Part shown: piece after piece, positions 9,408 to 18,020 of the stretch
Position numbering within the stretch: position 1 is the stretch's first letter
How the letters are laid out: the number at the start of each line of letters is the position of its first letter
Origin: an uncultured Verrucomicrobiae bacterium
GTDB taxonomy: Bacteria > Verrucomicrobiota > Verrucomicrobiia > Chthoniobacterales > UBA10450
Length of the DNA: 64,000 bases
NCBI GenBank assembly: GCA_963839665.1
Contig: CAWIWB010000003.1
Coordinates: 85,626 to 149,625 of the forward strand
Direction of reading: 5' to 3'
The notes under the pieces: model-generated
The model's input: the letters and a program-made list of their open reading frames with translations, nothing else
Told to the model about the DNA's origin: nothing
Database searches by the model: none
Made by a program: the position numbers and the translations under genes

Positions 9408-9947
9408 TCAGCTCTTCTTTAATTCCGCCAAATCTTTCAACACCTGGTCGCTGTGCTCGGCGGGTTTTACGCTGGTATACACCTTTACCACCTCGCCGTC
9501 AGGATTAATGATGAACGTGTTGCGCGCGGCGAGCTTCTGGCCTTTGTAATCCATCATTGAACCGTACTCGGTAGAAACTTTCGCGTCGGGATCGGCAAGC
9601 AATTTGAAATTGAGGCCTTCCTTCGCGCAAAAATCTTTGTGCGATTGCGCGGTATCGACGCTTACTCCTAGGATGACTGCGCCGGCATCACCATATTTCG
9701 CGATGTCTCGCTGAAAATTGTGCGCCTCCAACGTGCAACCGCTGGTGAAATCTTTGGGATAGAAATAAAGAACCACCCATTTTCCTCGATAATCTTTCAG
9801 GCTCACCTGCGAACCGTCTCCGGTGGTGAGACTAAAATCCGGTGCTGGCTTGCCGACTTCGGGCTGCGTTTGAGATTCTGTTGCCGCCATGCAGGTGAAC
9901 GTCGCAAGACCGATGATCGCTGACAAGACCGTGTTTTTGATTTTCAT
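9408..9947 (-). CDS. bcp: secreted peroxiredoxin (Bcp/PrxQ type, AhpC/TSA family)
   Basis: Signal peptide MKIKNTVLSAIIGLATFTCMAA and the active-site motif FYPKDFTSGCTLEAHNF. Confidence 0.85.
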   Translation of the reverse strand: MKIKNTVLSAIIGLATFTCMAATESQTQPEVGKPAPDFSLTTGDGSQVSLKDYRGKWVVLYFYPKDFTSGCTLEAHNFQRDIAKYGDAGAVILGVSVDTAQSHKDFCAKEGLNFKLLADPDAKVSTEYGSMMDYKGQKLAARNTFIINPDGEVVKVYTSVKPAEHSDQVLKDLAELKKS

Positions 9948-9990
9948 GGTTCAGTTTTGAAGCGTAGACGGGGCGAGTCAAGAAACTCTC

Positions 9991-10139
9991 GGGAGCGCAC
10001 GCTTGTAGCGTGCTGGTCGCCGCATTCTGCGGCGACGAACTTTTCTCGTAATCAGAACGCGCAGGCAATGAAACGAAGGCCAGCAAAAGTTCGCGATCGC
10101 AGAATGCGATCGCCAACACGCCAGAGGCGTGCGCTTCCC
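9991..10139. mobile_element. MITE-like element, copy 1 (intergenic)
   Basis: Terminal inverted repeats gggagcgcacgc / gcgtgcgcttccc. Sub-terminal hairpins gtcgccgca-ttc-tgcggcgac and gcgatcgca-gaa-tgcgatcgc. Inner inverted boxes cgaacttttc / aaaagttcg. The architecture is the same as at 33570 and 63629. Confidence 0.75.
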
Positions 10140-10191
10140 AGAATGAAAGCTTGCGCTTGCGTGACAGCTTTGAGTCAATAACAGCGCTTTT

Positions 10192-11175
10192 ATGCCGAGA
10201 CCGGACGTCGCCGAACATCTTCCGATAAAACCATTGCGGCTGCTTCTGGGTGTGATGGCCTGCATCGGAATCGTGGTCACGTTATTCACGCTGCTGTTCG
10301 GTTTCACTACGATTCCGGCAAACTCGCTCGGCGTGAAGACGCGGTTCGGCGCGTATCACGACAACGTGGACCCAGGTCTGACCTACGCAATTCCGTACAT
10401 CGATGAAATTCACGTCGTGCCTACGCAACGTTTGCTGAAGCTCGAGTTTGGGTTTTCCACGCCAAACACCACAAATACTTATCAGGGGGACGTCGAGCCA
10501 CAAGAAACTGAGACCATGATCACGGGCGATCTCAACACCGCGCTCGTGCCGTGGGTAGTGCAATATCGGATTACCGATCCCAGAATGTATTTGTTCGGGG
10601 CGCGCGAGCCGGAAAAGACGTTGCGCGACCTTTCGGAAAGCGTGATGCGCGAAGTCATCGGTGACCGCACAGTTGACGAAGTGCTGACGATCGGGCGCCA
10701 CGACGTCGAGACGTCAACGTTGAAACGTTTGGCCGATCTCTGTTCGCAGTACGATTTAGGAATTCAGATTCAACAGGTTCAACTCACCAGTGTTCGTCCG
10801 CCGTCGGCGGTGCAGGCGGCGTTCAATGATGTCAATCAGGCGCAACAGGAAAAGCAGACCGCTATCAACCAGGCATGGTCGGTTTATAACGACGCTGTTC
10901 CGAATGCGCGGGGCCAGGCAAAAGAGCGTGAGAAACAGGCGGAAGCGTACGCGTTTCGGCGGGTGAACGAAGCCAAAGGCGAGGCCCAAAAATTTTCTTT
11001 GTTGCTTACCGAATATCGCAAAGCGCCGGAGGTGACGCGCCGACGCCTTTATCTTGAGGCGATGCAAGCCATCCTGCCGAGTTTGCAAAAGAAGATCATC
11101 GTGGATGACAGCTTGAAGAATATTCTCCAGACGCTGCCGCTGCAGGTGCCCGGCGAATCGAGGCCCTCGCCATGA
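10192..11175 (+). CDS. hflK: FtsH protease modulator HflK (SPFH/band 7)
   Basis: N-terminal TM helix followed by an SPFH domain (SLGVKTRFGAYHDNVDPGLTYAIPYIDEIHVVPTQ). Its stop overlaps the start of the hflC paralog by 4 nt. Confidence 0.8.
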   Translation: MPRPDVAEHLPIKPLRLLLGVMACIGIVVTLFTLLFGFTTIPANSLGVKTRFGAYHDNVDPGLTYAIPYIDEIHVVPTQRLLKLEFGFSTPNTTNTYQGDVEPQETETMITGDLNTALVPWVVQYRITDPRMYLFGAREPEKTLRDLSESVMREVIGDRTVDEVLTIGRHDVETSTLKRLADLCSQYDLGIQIQQVQLTSVRPPSAVQAAFNDVNQAQQEKQTAINQAWSVYNDAVPNARGQAKEREKQAEAYAFRRVNEAKGEAQKFSLLLTEYRKAPEVTRRRLYLEAMQAILPSLQKKIIVDDSLKNILQTLPLQVPGESRPSP

Positions 11176-12209
11176 ACACGATCGACGTGACTCCTCGACC
11201 CGCTGCCGTCTCTACTGCGGTCCGTTTTTTGCAAAGCCCGGTTATGTCAATCCTGGGCATTCTTTTCATTTTGACCGCGCTGAAATGGGGAACGTTGCTC
11301 TTCGTGGTGCACCAATATGAGACCGTGATCATCACGCGATTCGGCAAAATCGTTCGTACTATTACGACGCCTGGCTTGCGGATGAAGGTGCCGGTCTTCG
11401 ATAAACTCCGACGGTTCGACAACCGCATCCTCGCCTGGGATGGCCCGCCGACCGAATGCCCGACCAAGGACAAGCTGTACATCATCGTCGATTGTTTCGC
11501 CCGGTGGCGAATCAGCGACCCAATGCTTTACTACAATCGGCTGAATGACGAGCGGAGTGCTCTTTCACGTCTCGACGACATCCTCGGCAGCGAAACGCGT
11601 AGCGCTGTCGCCACGCATGACCTGGTCGAAATCATCCGCGTAACCAAAGGGCGAAAACCGGTGCGCGATGAAGAGTTGGAAAAGACCGGAACCGTTCTGC
11701 CAACCACAATTCCCGATATTGAGTACGGGCGCGGCGAAATTGAGAAACAGATCACCGAACGCACGCGACAAAAGATCGCCGACTTCGGCATCGAGCTGCT
11801 CGACGAACGTTTCAAACGCAGCAAATACAATCCGGCGGTGGCGGAGAAAATCATCGAGCGCATGTCGAGCGAGCGGCACCAAATCGCGGCCCGATTCCGT
11901 TCCGAGGGACGTGGCGAGGCTGCGAACATCAACGGCCAGAAAGAAAGCGACGTCGCCTCGATCAGTTCCACCGCCACAAAGAATGCGCTTGAGATTGAAG
12001 GCAAAGCCGACGCCGAAGCCGCGGCGATTTACGCCGCAGCTTTTGGCGCGCCTGACCAGCAGGAACTCTATACGTTTTTGCGCAGCCTCGATGTCATGCG
12101 CGCCGCGTTTGAAAAGGACACGACGGCAGTCCTCTCGACCAACAGCGATCTCGGCCGAATGCTGAAATCAATGGCCGAAGCCGTGGCCCCGGCGAATCCG
12201 CCGCGTTGA
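11172..12209 (+). CDS. hflC: FtsH protease modulator HflC (SPFH/band 7)
   Basis: TM helix plus SPFH domain (VVHQYETVIITRFGKIVRTITTPGLRMKVPVFDKLRRFDNRIL). Translationally coupled to hflK. Confidence 0.8.
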   Translation: MNTIDVTPRPAAVSTAVRFLQSPVMSILGILFILTALKWGTLLFVVHQYETVIITRFGKIVRTITTPGLRMKVPVFDKLRRFDNRILAWDGPPTECPTKDKLYIIVDCFARWRISDPMLYYNRLNDERSALSRLDDILGSETRSAVATHDLVEIIRVTKGRKPVRDEELEKTGTVLPTTIPDIEYGRGEIEKQITERTRQKIADFGIELLDERFKRSKYNPAVAEKIIERMSSERHQIAARFRSEGRGEAANINGQKESDVASISSTATKNALEIEGKADAEAAAIYAAAFGAPDQQELYTFLRSLDVMRAAFEKDTTAVLSTNSDLGRMLKSMAEAVAPANPPR

Positions 12210-12308
12210 TTGGCGTCCAGTTCGTCATTGCGGACCTCGAAGAGTCGCAACGGCCTGCTGCCCTTGCTCCTGCGTAAATCGTCGGCAGATTGAAATCCCA
12301 ACTTTTCA

Positions 12309-13682
12309 ATGAAGACAACGCTTGCTCATCAACTTGCTGATTACACGTGCGCGCTGCGGTTTGAGGATCTTTCCAAGGAAGTGGTGCACGAAGTGAAACG
12401 GCGCGTGATCGATTCGTTAGGCTGCGCGTTAGGTGCGTGGAAGGAAGAACCCTTTGTGATCGCGCGAACGGTAGCGGCAGATTTCTCGGCGAAATACGGA
12501 TCGACAATCTTTGGCACCGATCACAAGGCGCCGCCGGACTGGGCGGCATTCGCCAACGGCTGCGGTATTCGCTATTTCGATTTCAACGACACGTATCTGT
12601 CCAAAGAGCCGGCACATCCAAGCGATAATATTTCGGCCGCGCTTGCCGTCGCGGAAAGCGTGGGCGCTGGTGGACGCGAATTGATCGCAGCCATCGCGCT
12701 CGCATACGAAGTGCAATGCCGTTTATGCGACGCCGCGAGCATTCGTGCGCGCGGCTGGGATCACGTGACTTACGGGACGTTCTCGACTGCGTTGGCGTGC
12801 GCGAAGTTGATGAAACTTGACCCGGCCAACACTCGGCACGCGGTGAATATTGCCGGTGTGGCCGGCGCAGCGATGCGCCAGGCGCGTGCTGGCGAACTCT
12901 CGCATTGGAAAGGCGTAGCCTTTGCCACCGCGGCGCGTCACGGAGTTTTCTCCGCGCTACTTGCCCGCGGAGGCATGACTGGCCCGGCGCCGATTTTCGA
13001 AGGTGAAATGGGATTCGAGAAACAACTCGGCGTGTCCCTGGGGAACGTCGGTGAGAAATTTCGCGGATCGCCCACAATGATTCTGAAGACGAGCATCAAA
13101 TATTGGCCGGCGGAATATCACAGCCAGAGCGCTATTGAAGCGGCGCTTTTTTTACGGAGCCAGATTGACGACCTCTCGAAAATCAAAGGCGTCGTGATTG
13201 AGAGCCACGATGCTTCGGTCGACATCATCGGGAGCGAACCCGAGAAATGGAAACCCAAAACGCGCGAGACTGCAGACCACAGTCTGCCCTACATCACCGC
13301 CATTGCGCTGATTGACGGCGAGATCACCGATCGCCAATTCGAGCCGGAGCGGTTCAAAGATCCCGCGGTCTGGAAATTTCTGGAGAACGTGAAGGTAGAA
13401 CGGAATTCGGAATTGAGCGCGATGTATCCAGATGCGGTCGGCAACATTGTGCACGTTGATCTTGCCGATGGCCGGCGATTAACCTATCGGGTCGATTATC
13501 CGCTGGGCAATGCCAAGAACCGGCTCAAAGATTCGGCGGTCGAGGGAAAATTCCACGCGCTTGTCGCCCGCATCATTGGAGAGGACCGAGCGAAAAAGAT
13601 TATCGAGCTTGTTTGGAAACTGGATGAAGCCAAGAACGTGGATGCGTTGATGCAGGCGCTGGAAATTACGAATGACAAATGA
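12309..13682 (+). CDS. prpD: MmgE/PrpD family protein, probable 2-methylcitrate dehydratase
   Basis: 457 aa with full-length PrpD-like sequence (LADYTCALRFEDL..., SIKYWPAEYHSQSAIEAAL). Adjacent to prpB and prpC. Confidence 0.75.
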   Translation: MKTTLAHQLADYTCALRFEDLSKEVVHEVKRRVIDSLGCALGAWKEEPFVIARTVAADFSAKYGSTIFGTDHKAPPDWAAFANGCGIRYFDFNDTYLSKEPAHPSDNISAALAVAESVGAGGRELIAAIALAYEVQCRLCDAASIRARGWDHVTYGTFSTALACAKLMKLDPANTRHAVNIAGVAGAAMRQARAGELSHWKGVAFATAARHGVFSALLARGGMTGPAPIFEGEMGFEKQLGVSLGNVGEKFRGSPTMILKTSIKYWPAEYHSQSAIEAALFLRSQIDDLSKIKGVVIESHDASVDIIGSEPEKWKPKTRETADHSLPYITAIALIDGEITDRQFEPERFKDPAVWKFLENVKVERNSELSAMYPDAVGNIVHVDLADGRRLTYRVDYPLGNAKNRLKDSAVEGKFHALVARIIGEDRAKKIIELVWKLDEAKNVDALMQALEITNDK

Positions 13683-13716
13683 TCATTAGGAGGAATGATC
13701 AAGATCAAGCCGCATT

Positions 13717-13799
13717 GTCATCCTGAGCGAAGTCGAAGGATCCCGTTGAATTACCGGAAACGCTTCGCCACGGGGTTCCTCGACTTCGCTCGGAATGAC
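13717..13799. repeat. hairpin repeat, family A
   Basis: gtcatcctgagcgaagtcgaaggatccc pairs with ggggttcctcgacttcgctcggaatgac. It lies between prpD and prpB. Confidence 0.7.
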
Positions 13800-13861
13800 C
13801 GTGAGTGCCTGGATTATTTCAGCGAGCAAGAGCATGAGCATGAGTAAGAGCAAGAGATTGC

Positions 13862-14692
13862 GTGAGCTCATCGCCAAAGGGCGCGATCATGCTGCCCGGT
13901 GTGCCAAACGCGGCCATGGCGCGGCAGGTGGAGCGTGTCGGATTTGACGCCGTGTACGTGAGCGGCGCGGGAATGGCGAATGCCACAGCTGGCGTTCCCG
14001 ATATCGGCCTGCTGACGCTAACCGAAGTGGCGCAACTGGCGGCGCACATCGCGAGGGCGGTGAAGATTCCGGCAATAGTGGACGCAGATACCGGCTTCGG
14101 AGGTGCGGAAAATGTCGCGCGCACAATCCACGAGCTGGAAGCAGCAGGTCTGGCTGGTTGTCACATCGAGGACCAGGAATTTCCCAAGCGCTGCGGACAT
14201 CTTTCCGGAAAATCGCTGGTCGACGTTGAGGAAATGACGGAAAAAATCAAAGCGGCGGTCGCTGCACGACGCGATCCCGATTTCATGATCATCGCGCGTA
14301 CGGACGCGCGCGGAGTCGAGGATTTCGATCGAACAGTTGATCGGGCGCAGCGGTACATGGAAGCGGGCGCCGACGCAATCTTCCCGGAAGCATTGCAAAG
14401 CGCCGAGGAATTTCGCAACTTTGCCAATAAGATCGATCTGCCGCTGCTGGCGAACATGACGGAGTTTGGGAAAAGCCCGCTGCATTCGTTTACAGAGTTG
14501 GCCGGATTCGGTTACCGCATGGTGATTTTCCCCCAGAGCGCATTCCGAGTGTCGATGAAAGCGACCGATGAGTTCCTGCGCGCTCTCAAGGAAAGTGGAA
14601 CTCAAAAAGAATGGCTCGGTGAAATGCAGACGCGTGAGGAGCTCTACAAACTGCTCGACTACGATCCAACTGCAGAGAGATGGCCGGGATAG
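13862..14692 (+). CDS. prpB: methylisocitrate lyase (ICL/PEP mutase family)
   Basis: Motifs IVDADTGFGG and IEDQEFPKRCGHL (K-[KR]-C-G-H signature). A PrpB-like N-terminus (MSMSKSKRLRELIAKGR, from ATG 13834) sits one frame away, so the 5' end may carry a 1-nt indel near 13879..13885. Confidence 0.8.
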   Translation: MSSSPKGAIMLPGVPNAAMARQVERVGFDAVYVSGAGMANATAGVPDIGLLTLTEVAQLAAHIARAVKIPAIVDADTGFGGAENVARTIHELEAAGLAGCHIEDQEFPKRCGHLSGKSLVDVEEMTEKIKAAVAARRDPDFMIIARTDARGVEDFDRTVDRAQRYMEAGADAIFPEALQSAEEFRNFANKIDLPLLANMTEFGKSPLHSFTELAGFGYRMVIFPQSAFRVSMKATDEFLRALKESGTQKEWLGEMQTREELYKLLDYDPTAERWPG

Positions 14693-14743
14693 AGCACTGA
14701 CGATTTGTCGTCGCGCGTATCGTAGTTACAATCAGCGAACAAC

Positions 14744-15874
14744 ATGGGTACTGAAACAAAACCACAATACAGCCCGGGACTGGCCGGCGTAATCGCCGGT
14801 GAGACCGCGATCTGCTGGGTCGATCCCGCTGCCGGGTTGATGTATCGGGGCTACGACATTCATGGGATGGCCGAGAAGGCCAATTTTGAAGAGGTCGCTT
14901 ATTTGCTGCTCAACGGAGCGTTGCCAAATGCGAAGCAATTGAACGAATTCACGCAACAAGTAGCCGCCGAACGCGAGTTGCCCGGGCCGGTAACTGAAAT
15001 GTTGCGGCTTCTCCCGAGCGACACGCACCCAATGGACATGCTGCGCACCGGCGTTTCGATGTTAAGCGCCTTCGATAAAGATCTGGGCGATAATTCACAT
15101 GACGCAAACATTCGCAAAGCAATCCGGCTCATCGCGCGCGTCTCCACTTTGATCACCGACGGCTGGCGCATATCGCAGCGTGAACAACTGTTTCCCGAAA
15201 AACCGGAGCTGACGCAGGCGGCGAATTTTTTCTACAAATTCAACGGCAAAATTCCCGAGCAATGGCAAACCCGTATGCTCGACACGATTTTCAATCTCTA
15301 CGCCGACCACGAATTCAACGCGTCTACATTTGCCGCGCGCGTGACCGCCTCTACGCTGGCGGGCATTTATGCAGCGGTCACTTCGGCTGTTGCAACGCTG
15401 AAAGGCCCACTGCACGGCGGCGCGAATGAAGAGTCGATGAAGATGCTTGAAGAAATCGGAACTCCGGATCGCGCCGAAGCATGGTTAATGAAAAAACTGG
15501 GAACGAAAGACAAGATCATGGGATTCGGTCATCGCGTTTACAAAGCAGGCGATTCCCGAGTGCCGGCGATGCGGGAGATCGCGCGCGACCTTGGCAAACG
15601 CACGGGGAAAGAGAACTGGGTGCCGATTTGCGAGACGCTCGAACAAGTGATGGAACGGGAGAAACAATTGTGCGCCAATGTCGATCTCTACGCCGCGCCC
15701 GTGTTTTGGCTTTTGGGATTTCCTCCCGGGTTGAATACACCTCTTTTCGCTGCGTCGCGCGTGGCAGGCTGGTGCGCCCATGTAGTCGAGCAACACGATA
15801 ATAACCGTCTCATTCGGCCGCGGTCACTTTACGTCGGGCCAGAGCTGCGTCCGTATCCCGGGGCGCCGAAGTAA
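14744..15874 (+). CDS. prpC: 2-methylcitrate synthase / citrate synthase
   Basis: 376 aa with the citrate synthase signature MGFGHRVYKAGDSR. The gene context is prpD-prpB. Confidence 0.8.
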   Translation: MGTETKPQYSPGLAGVIAGETAICWVDPAAGLMYRGYDIHGMAEKANFEEVAYLLLNGALPNAKQLNEFTQQVAAERELPGPVTEMLRLLPSDTHPMDMLRTGVSMLSAFDKDLGDNSHDANIRKAIRLIARVSTLITDGWRISQREQLFPEKPELTQAANFFYKFNGKIPEQWQTRMLDTIFNLYADHEFNASTFAARVTASTLAGIYAAVTSAVATLKGPLHGGANEESMKMLEEIGTPDRAEAWLMKKLGTKDKIMGFGHRVYKAGDSRVPAMREIARDLGKRTGKENWVPICETLEQVMEREKQLCANVDLYAAPVFWLLGFPPGLNTPLFAASRVAGWCAHVVEQHDNNRLIRPRSLYVGPELRPYPGAPK

Positions 15875-15958
15875 TCTTCCGCTAACTCTTCCTCTTCTCT
15901 CCAGCGCAAAGAATAGATTAAGAGTGAGAGGAAGCGGAAGAGGGAGAATTCGTTTCGA

Positions 15959-16441
15959 GTGAACTCACAGTCGCTACAGGAAAAATATGCGCCACGAAAC
16001 ATGTGCTTCGGCTGTGGCGTGGCAAACCCGGACGGATTGCATATTCGCAGTTTCCTAAAGAACCCCGATGAATCGCTAGCCGGCGAAGTTGTCGCTGAGT
16101 GGAAACCGCAGAAAAAATACGAAGCGTTCGAGGGAGTTTTAAACGGCGGGATCATCGGCACGTTACTCGATTGTCATTGCAACTGGACGGCAGCGTATCA
16201 TCTGATGAAGCGTGCAGGCGATGATCGGCCGCCGTGCACGGTCACTGCGGAATATGCCATCAAACTGCTCCGGCCGACGCCGACAAATGACTCCGTGTTT
16301 CTTGCTGCGAAGGTTGTCGAGATCACTGATGACCGTGCGACCATCGAGGGAACACTGGGCGCGGGCGGAAAAGTTTGCGCTACGTGTCGCGGGGTCTTCG
16401 TCGCAGTGAAAGAAGGCCATCCCGCGTATCATCGATGGTAG
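15959..16441 (+). CDS. PaaI-family (hotdog fold) thioesterase
   Basis: 160 aa with a GTG start. N-terminal NMCFGCGVANPDGLHI and a core GGIIGTLLDCHCNW are typical of this hotdog subgroup. Confidence 0.6.
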   Translation: MNSQSLQEKYAPRNMCFGCGVANPDGLHIRSFLKNPDESLAGEVVAEWKPQKKYEAFEGVLNGGIIGTLLDCHCNWTAAYHLMKRAGDDRPPCTVTAEYAIKLLRPTPTNDSVFLAAKVVEITDDRATIEGTLGAGGKVCATCRGVFVAVKEGHPAYHRW

Positions 16442-17280
16442 CAGCTTTGCTTTTGTTGCTGGCTGCGAGTACGCCGGAATCGACCAGCGATTTCGCGAAT
16501 CGGCTTCTATCTATCGAGCAGCGAACCAGCGCTCGAGTTGGTGTGGCGGCACTGGACACCGCGAGCGGCAAACGTCTCGATTACCGATCGGAAGAACGTT
16601 TCCCGATGTGCAGCACGTTTAAATTTCTCGCGGCAGCAGCGGTCTTGAAGCGCGTCGATGACGGACAGGAAAAATTGGATCGATTCGTATCGTATGCCGC
16701 AAAAGACATTTTGGAATATGCGCCCGTCACAAAAGCCCATCTCAAGGACGGTGGCATGACACTTGCCGCTTTGTGCGCGGCGGCAATCGAACAAAGTGAC
16801 AACACGGCCGGCAATCTTTTGCTGGACACAATTGGCGGACCGGACGGACTAACAAATTTCGTGCGCAGCATTGGCGACGAGATAACGAGACTTGATAGGA
16901 AAGAACCGGAATTGAATAGCGCTATTCCCGGCGATGAGCGGGACACCACAACTCCTGCGGCGATGTGCGCAAACATGCAACGGTTAGTACTCGGCAGCGT
17001 GTTATCCGAAGCCTCACGGCATCAGCTCGAAGATTGGTTGCGGCACAATGAGACTGGCGCGCTGATGATTCGAGCCGGCGTTCCAAAAACGTGGTCTGTC
17101 GGAGATAAAACCGGACGATGTGGAAATGGAGCGACAAACGACGTTGCCATTATTGGTCCGCCCGGACATGCACCGATCGTGGTTGCTATTTACTCGATCG
17201 GCTCGACATCCTCAGCGGATGATCGTGCTGCAATTGTTGCGGAAGCAGCGAGCGCCGTTGTGGAGTTTTTGTCTCCGTAA
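16435..17280 (+). CDS. class A beta-lactamase
   Basis: S-x-x-K (CSTFKFLAAAAVL), SDN (EQSDNTAGN), E166-like (ELNSAIPGDERDTTTP) and KTG (GDKTGRCG) motifs are all present. I start it at ATG 16435 (MVAALLLLLAAS), which overlaps the thioesterase stop (ATGGTAG). Confidence 0.85.
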   Translation: MVAALLLLLAASTPESTSDFANRLLSIEQRTSARVGVAALDTASGKRLDYRSEERFPMCSTFKFLAAAAVLKRVDDGQEKLDRFVSYAAKDILEYAPVTKAHLKDGGMTLAALCAAAIEQSDNTAGNLLLDTIGGPDGLTNFVRSIGDEITRLDRKEPELNSAIPGDERDTTTPAAMCANMQRLVLGSVLSEASRHQLEDWLRHNETGALMIRAGVPKTWSVGDKTGRCGNGATNDVAIIGPPGHAPIVVAIYSIGSTSSADDRAAIVAEAASAVVEFLSP

Positions 17281-17281
17281 T

Positions 17282-17362
17282 TGTAGCCGTCGCCCTGTGG
17301 GCGACGCCGCGCTTCCCACAGGAAAGCGGCTACAGAATTCGCTGCCCGAATTTCGTCGATGC
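17282..17362. repeat. hairpin repeat, family C (tgtagccg...cggctaca + tail gaattcgctgcccgaatttcgtcgatgc)
   Basis: tgtagccgtcgccctgtgggcgacgc...cacaggaaagcggctacag. The first 26 nt are identical to 51912..51937, and the tail is repeated at 17951..17989. Confidence 0.7.
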
Positions 17363-17394
17363 GCGGCTCGCGGTATTGGATTTAGCTCTGGCTC

Positions 17395-17862
17395 ATGAAA
17401 ACCTCAAGCTTTCGCATCGTTCCTCTTCCTACTGAAATTGCAGACGCAGCGCGGCGAGCAGTAAATGCGGGTTCAACAGATCACGCGCTCATCACAGTAG
17501 ATTCGCCCGAAAGCAGTCCTTGCCGTCACTGCCTGCGTTGGGCACAGCCTGGAGAGAGTGTGATTCTGTTTCCTTATGCCGCGATTCCGTCAGGTCATCC
17601 GTATTCTGAGACAGGCCCGATTTTTGTTCACGCGCGTGAGTGCGAGCGCTACGGCGCGACTAACGAATACCCCGCCGACTTTCGCAATGGCCGCGTGTTT
17701 CGCGCTTACGATTCAAATTACAACATCATCGATGCGCAGGTTGTGAATGGCAGCGAACCGGAAGCCGTGATTGAAAATTTGTTCCAAAATCCTGATACCC
17801 AGTTTGTGGATGTACGCAGCATTACGCGCGGTTGCTTTACGTTCCGAGTTCAACCCGCATGA
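17395..17862 (+). CDS. DUF1203 domain-containing protein
   Basis: 155 aa. FRIVPLPTEIADAARRA...SPCRHCLRWAQPGESVILFPY...GPIFVHARECERY fits DUF1203 as I remember the family. Confidence 0.6.
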   Translation: MKTSSFRIVPLPTEIADAARRAVNAGSTDHALITVDSPESSPCRHCLRWAQPGESVILFPYAAIPSGHPYSETGPIFVHARECERYGATNEYPADFRNGRVFRAYDSNYNIIDAQVVNGSEPEAVIENLFQNPDTQFVDVRSITRGCFTFRVQPA

Positions 17863-17900
17863 AAGCACGACGTTTTGTCGATTGCGAATGTCGTTACGGC

Positions 17901-17989
17901 GCTGTGTCGCTCTGCGTGGATGACATAATGCGATGCGCCCCGACACAGCGAGGCGGCTACAGAATTCGCTGCTCGAATTTCGTCGATGC
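17901..17989. repeat. hairpin repeat, family C (second copy flanking the DUF1203 gene)
   Basis: gctgtgtcgc...cgacacagcg hairpin followed by gcggctacagaattcgctgctcgaatttcgtcgatgc. That tail is a 39/40 match to 17327..17362. Confidence 0.65.
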
Positions 17990-18020
17990 ATCAACCGTTG
18001 TGAGTGCTTAGCTTTTTCGC

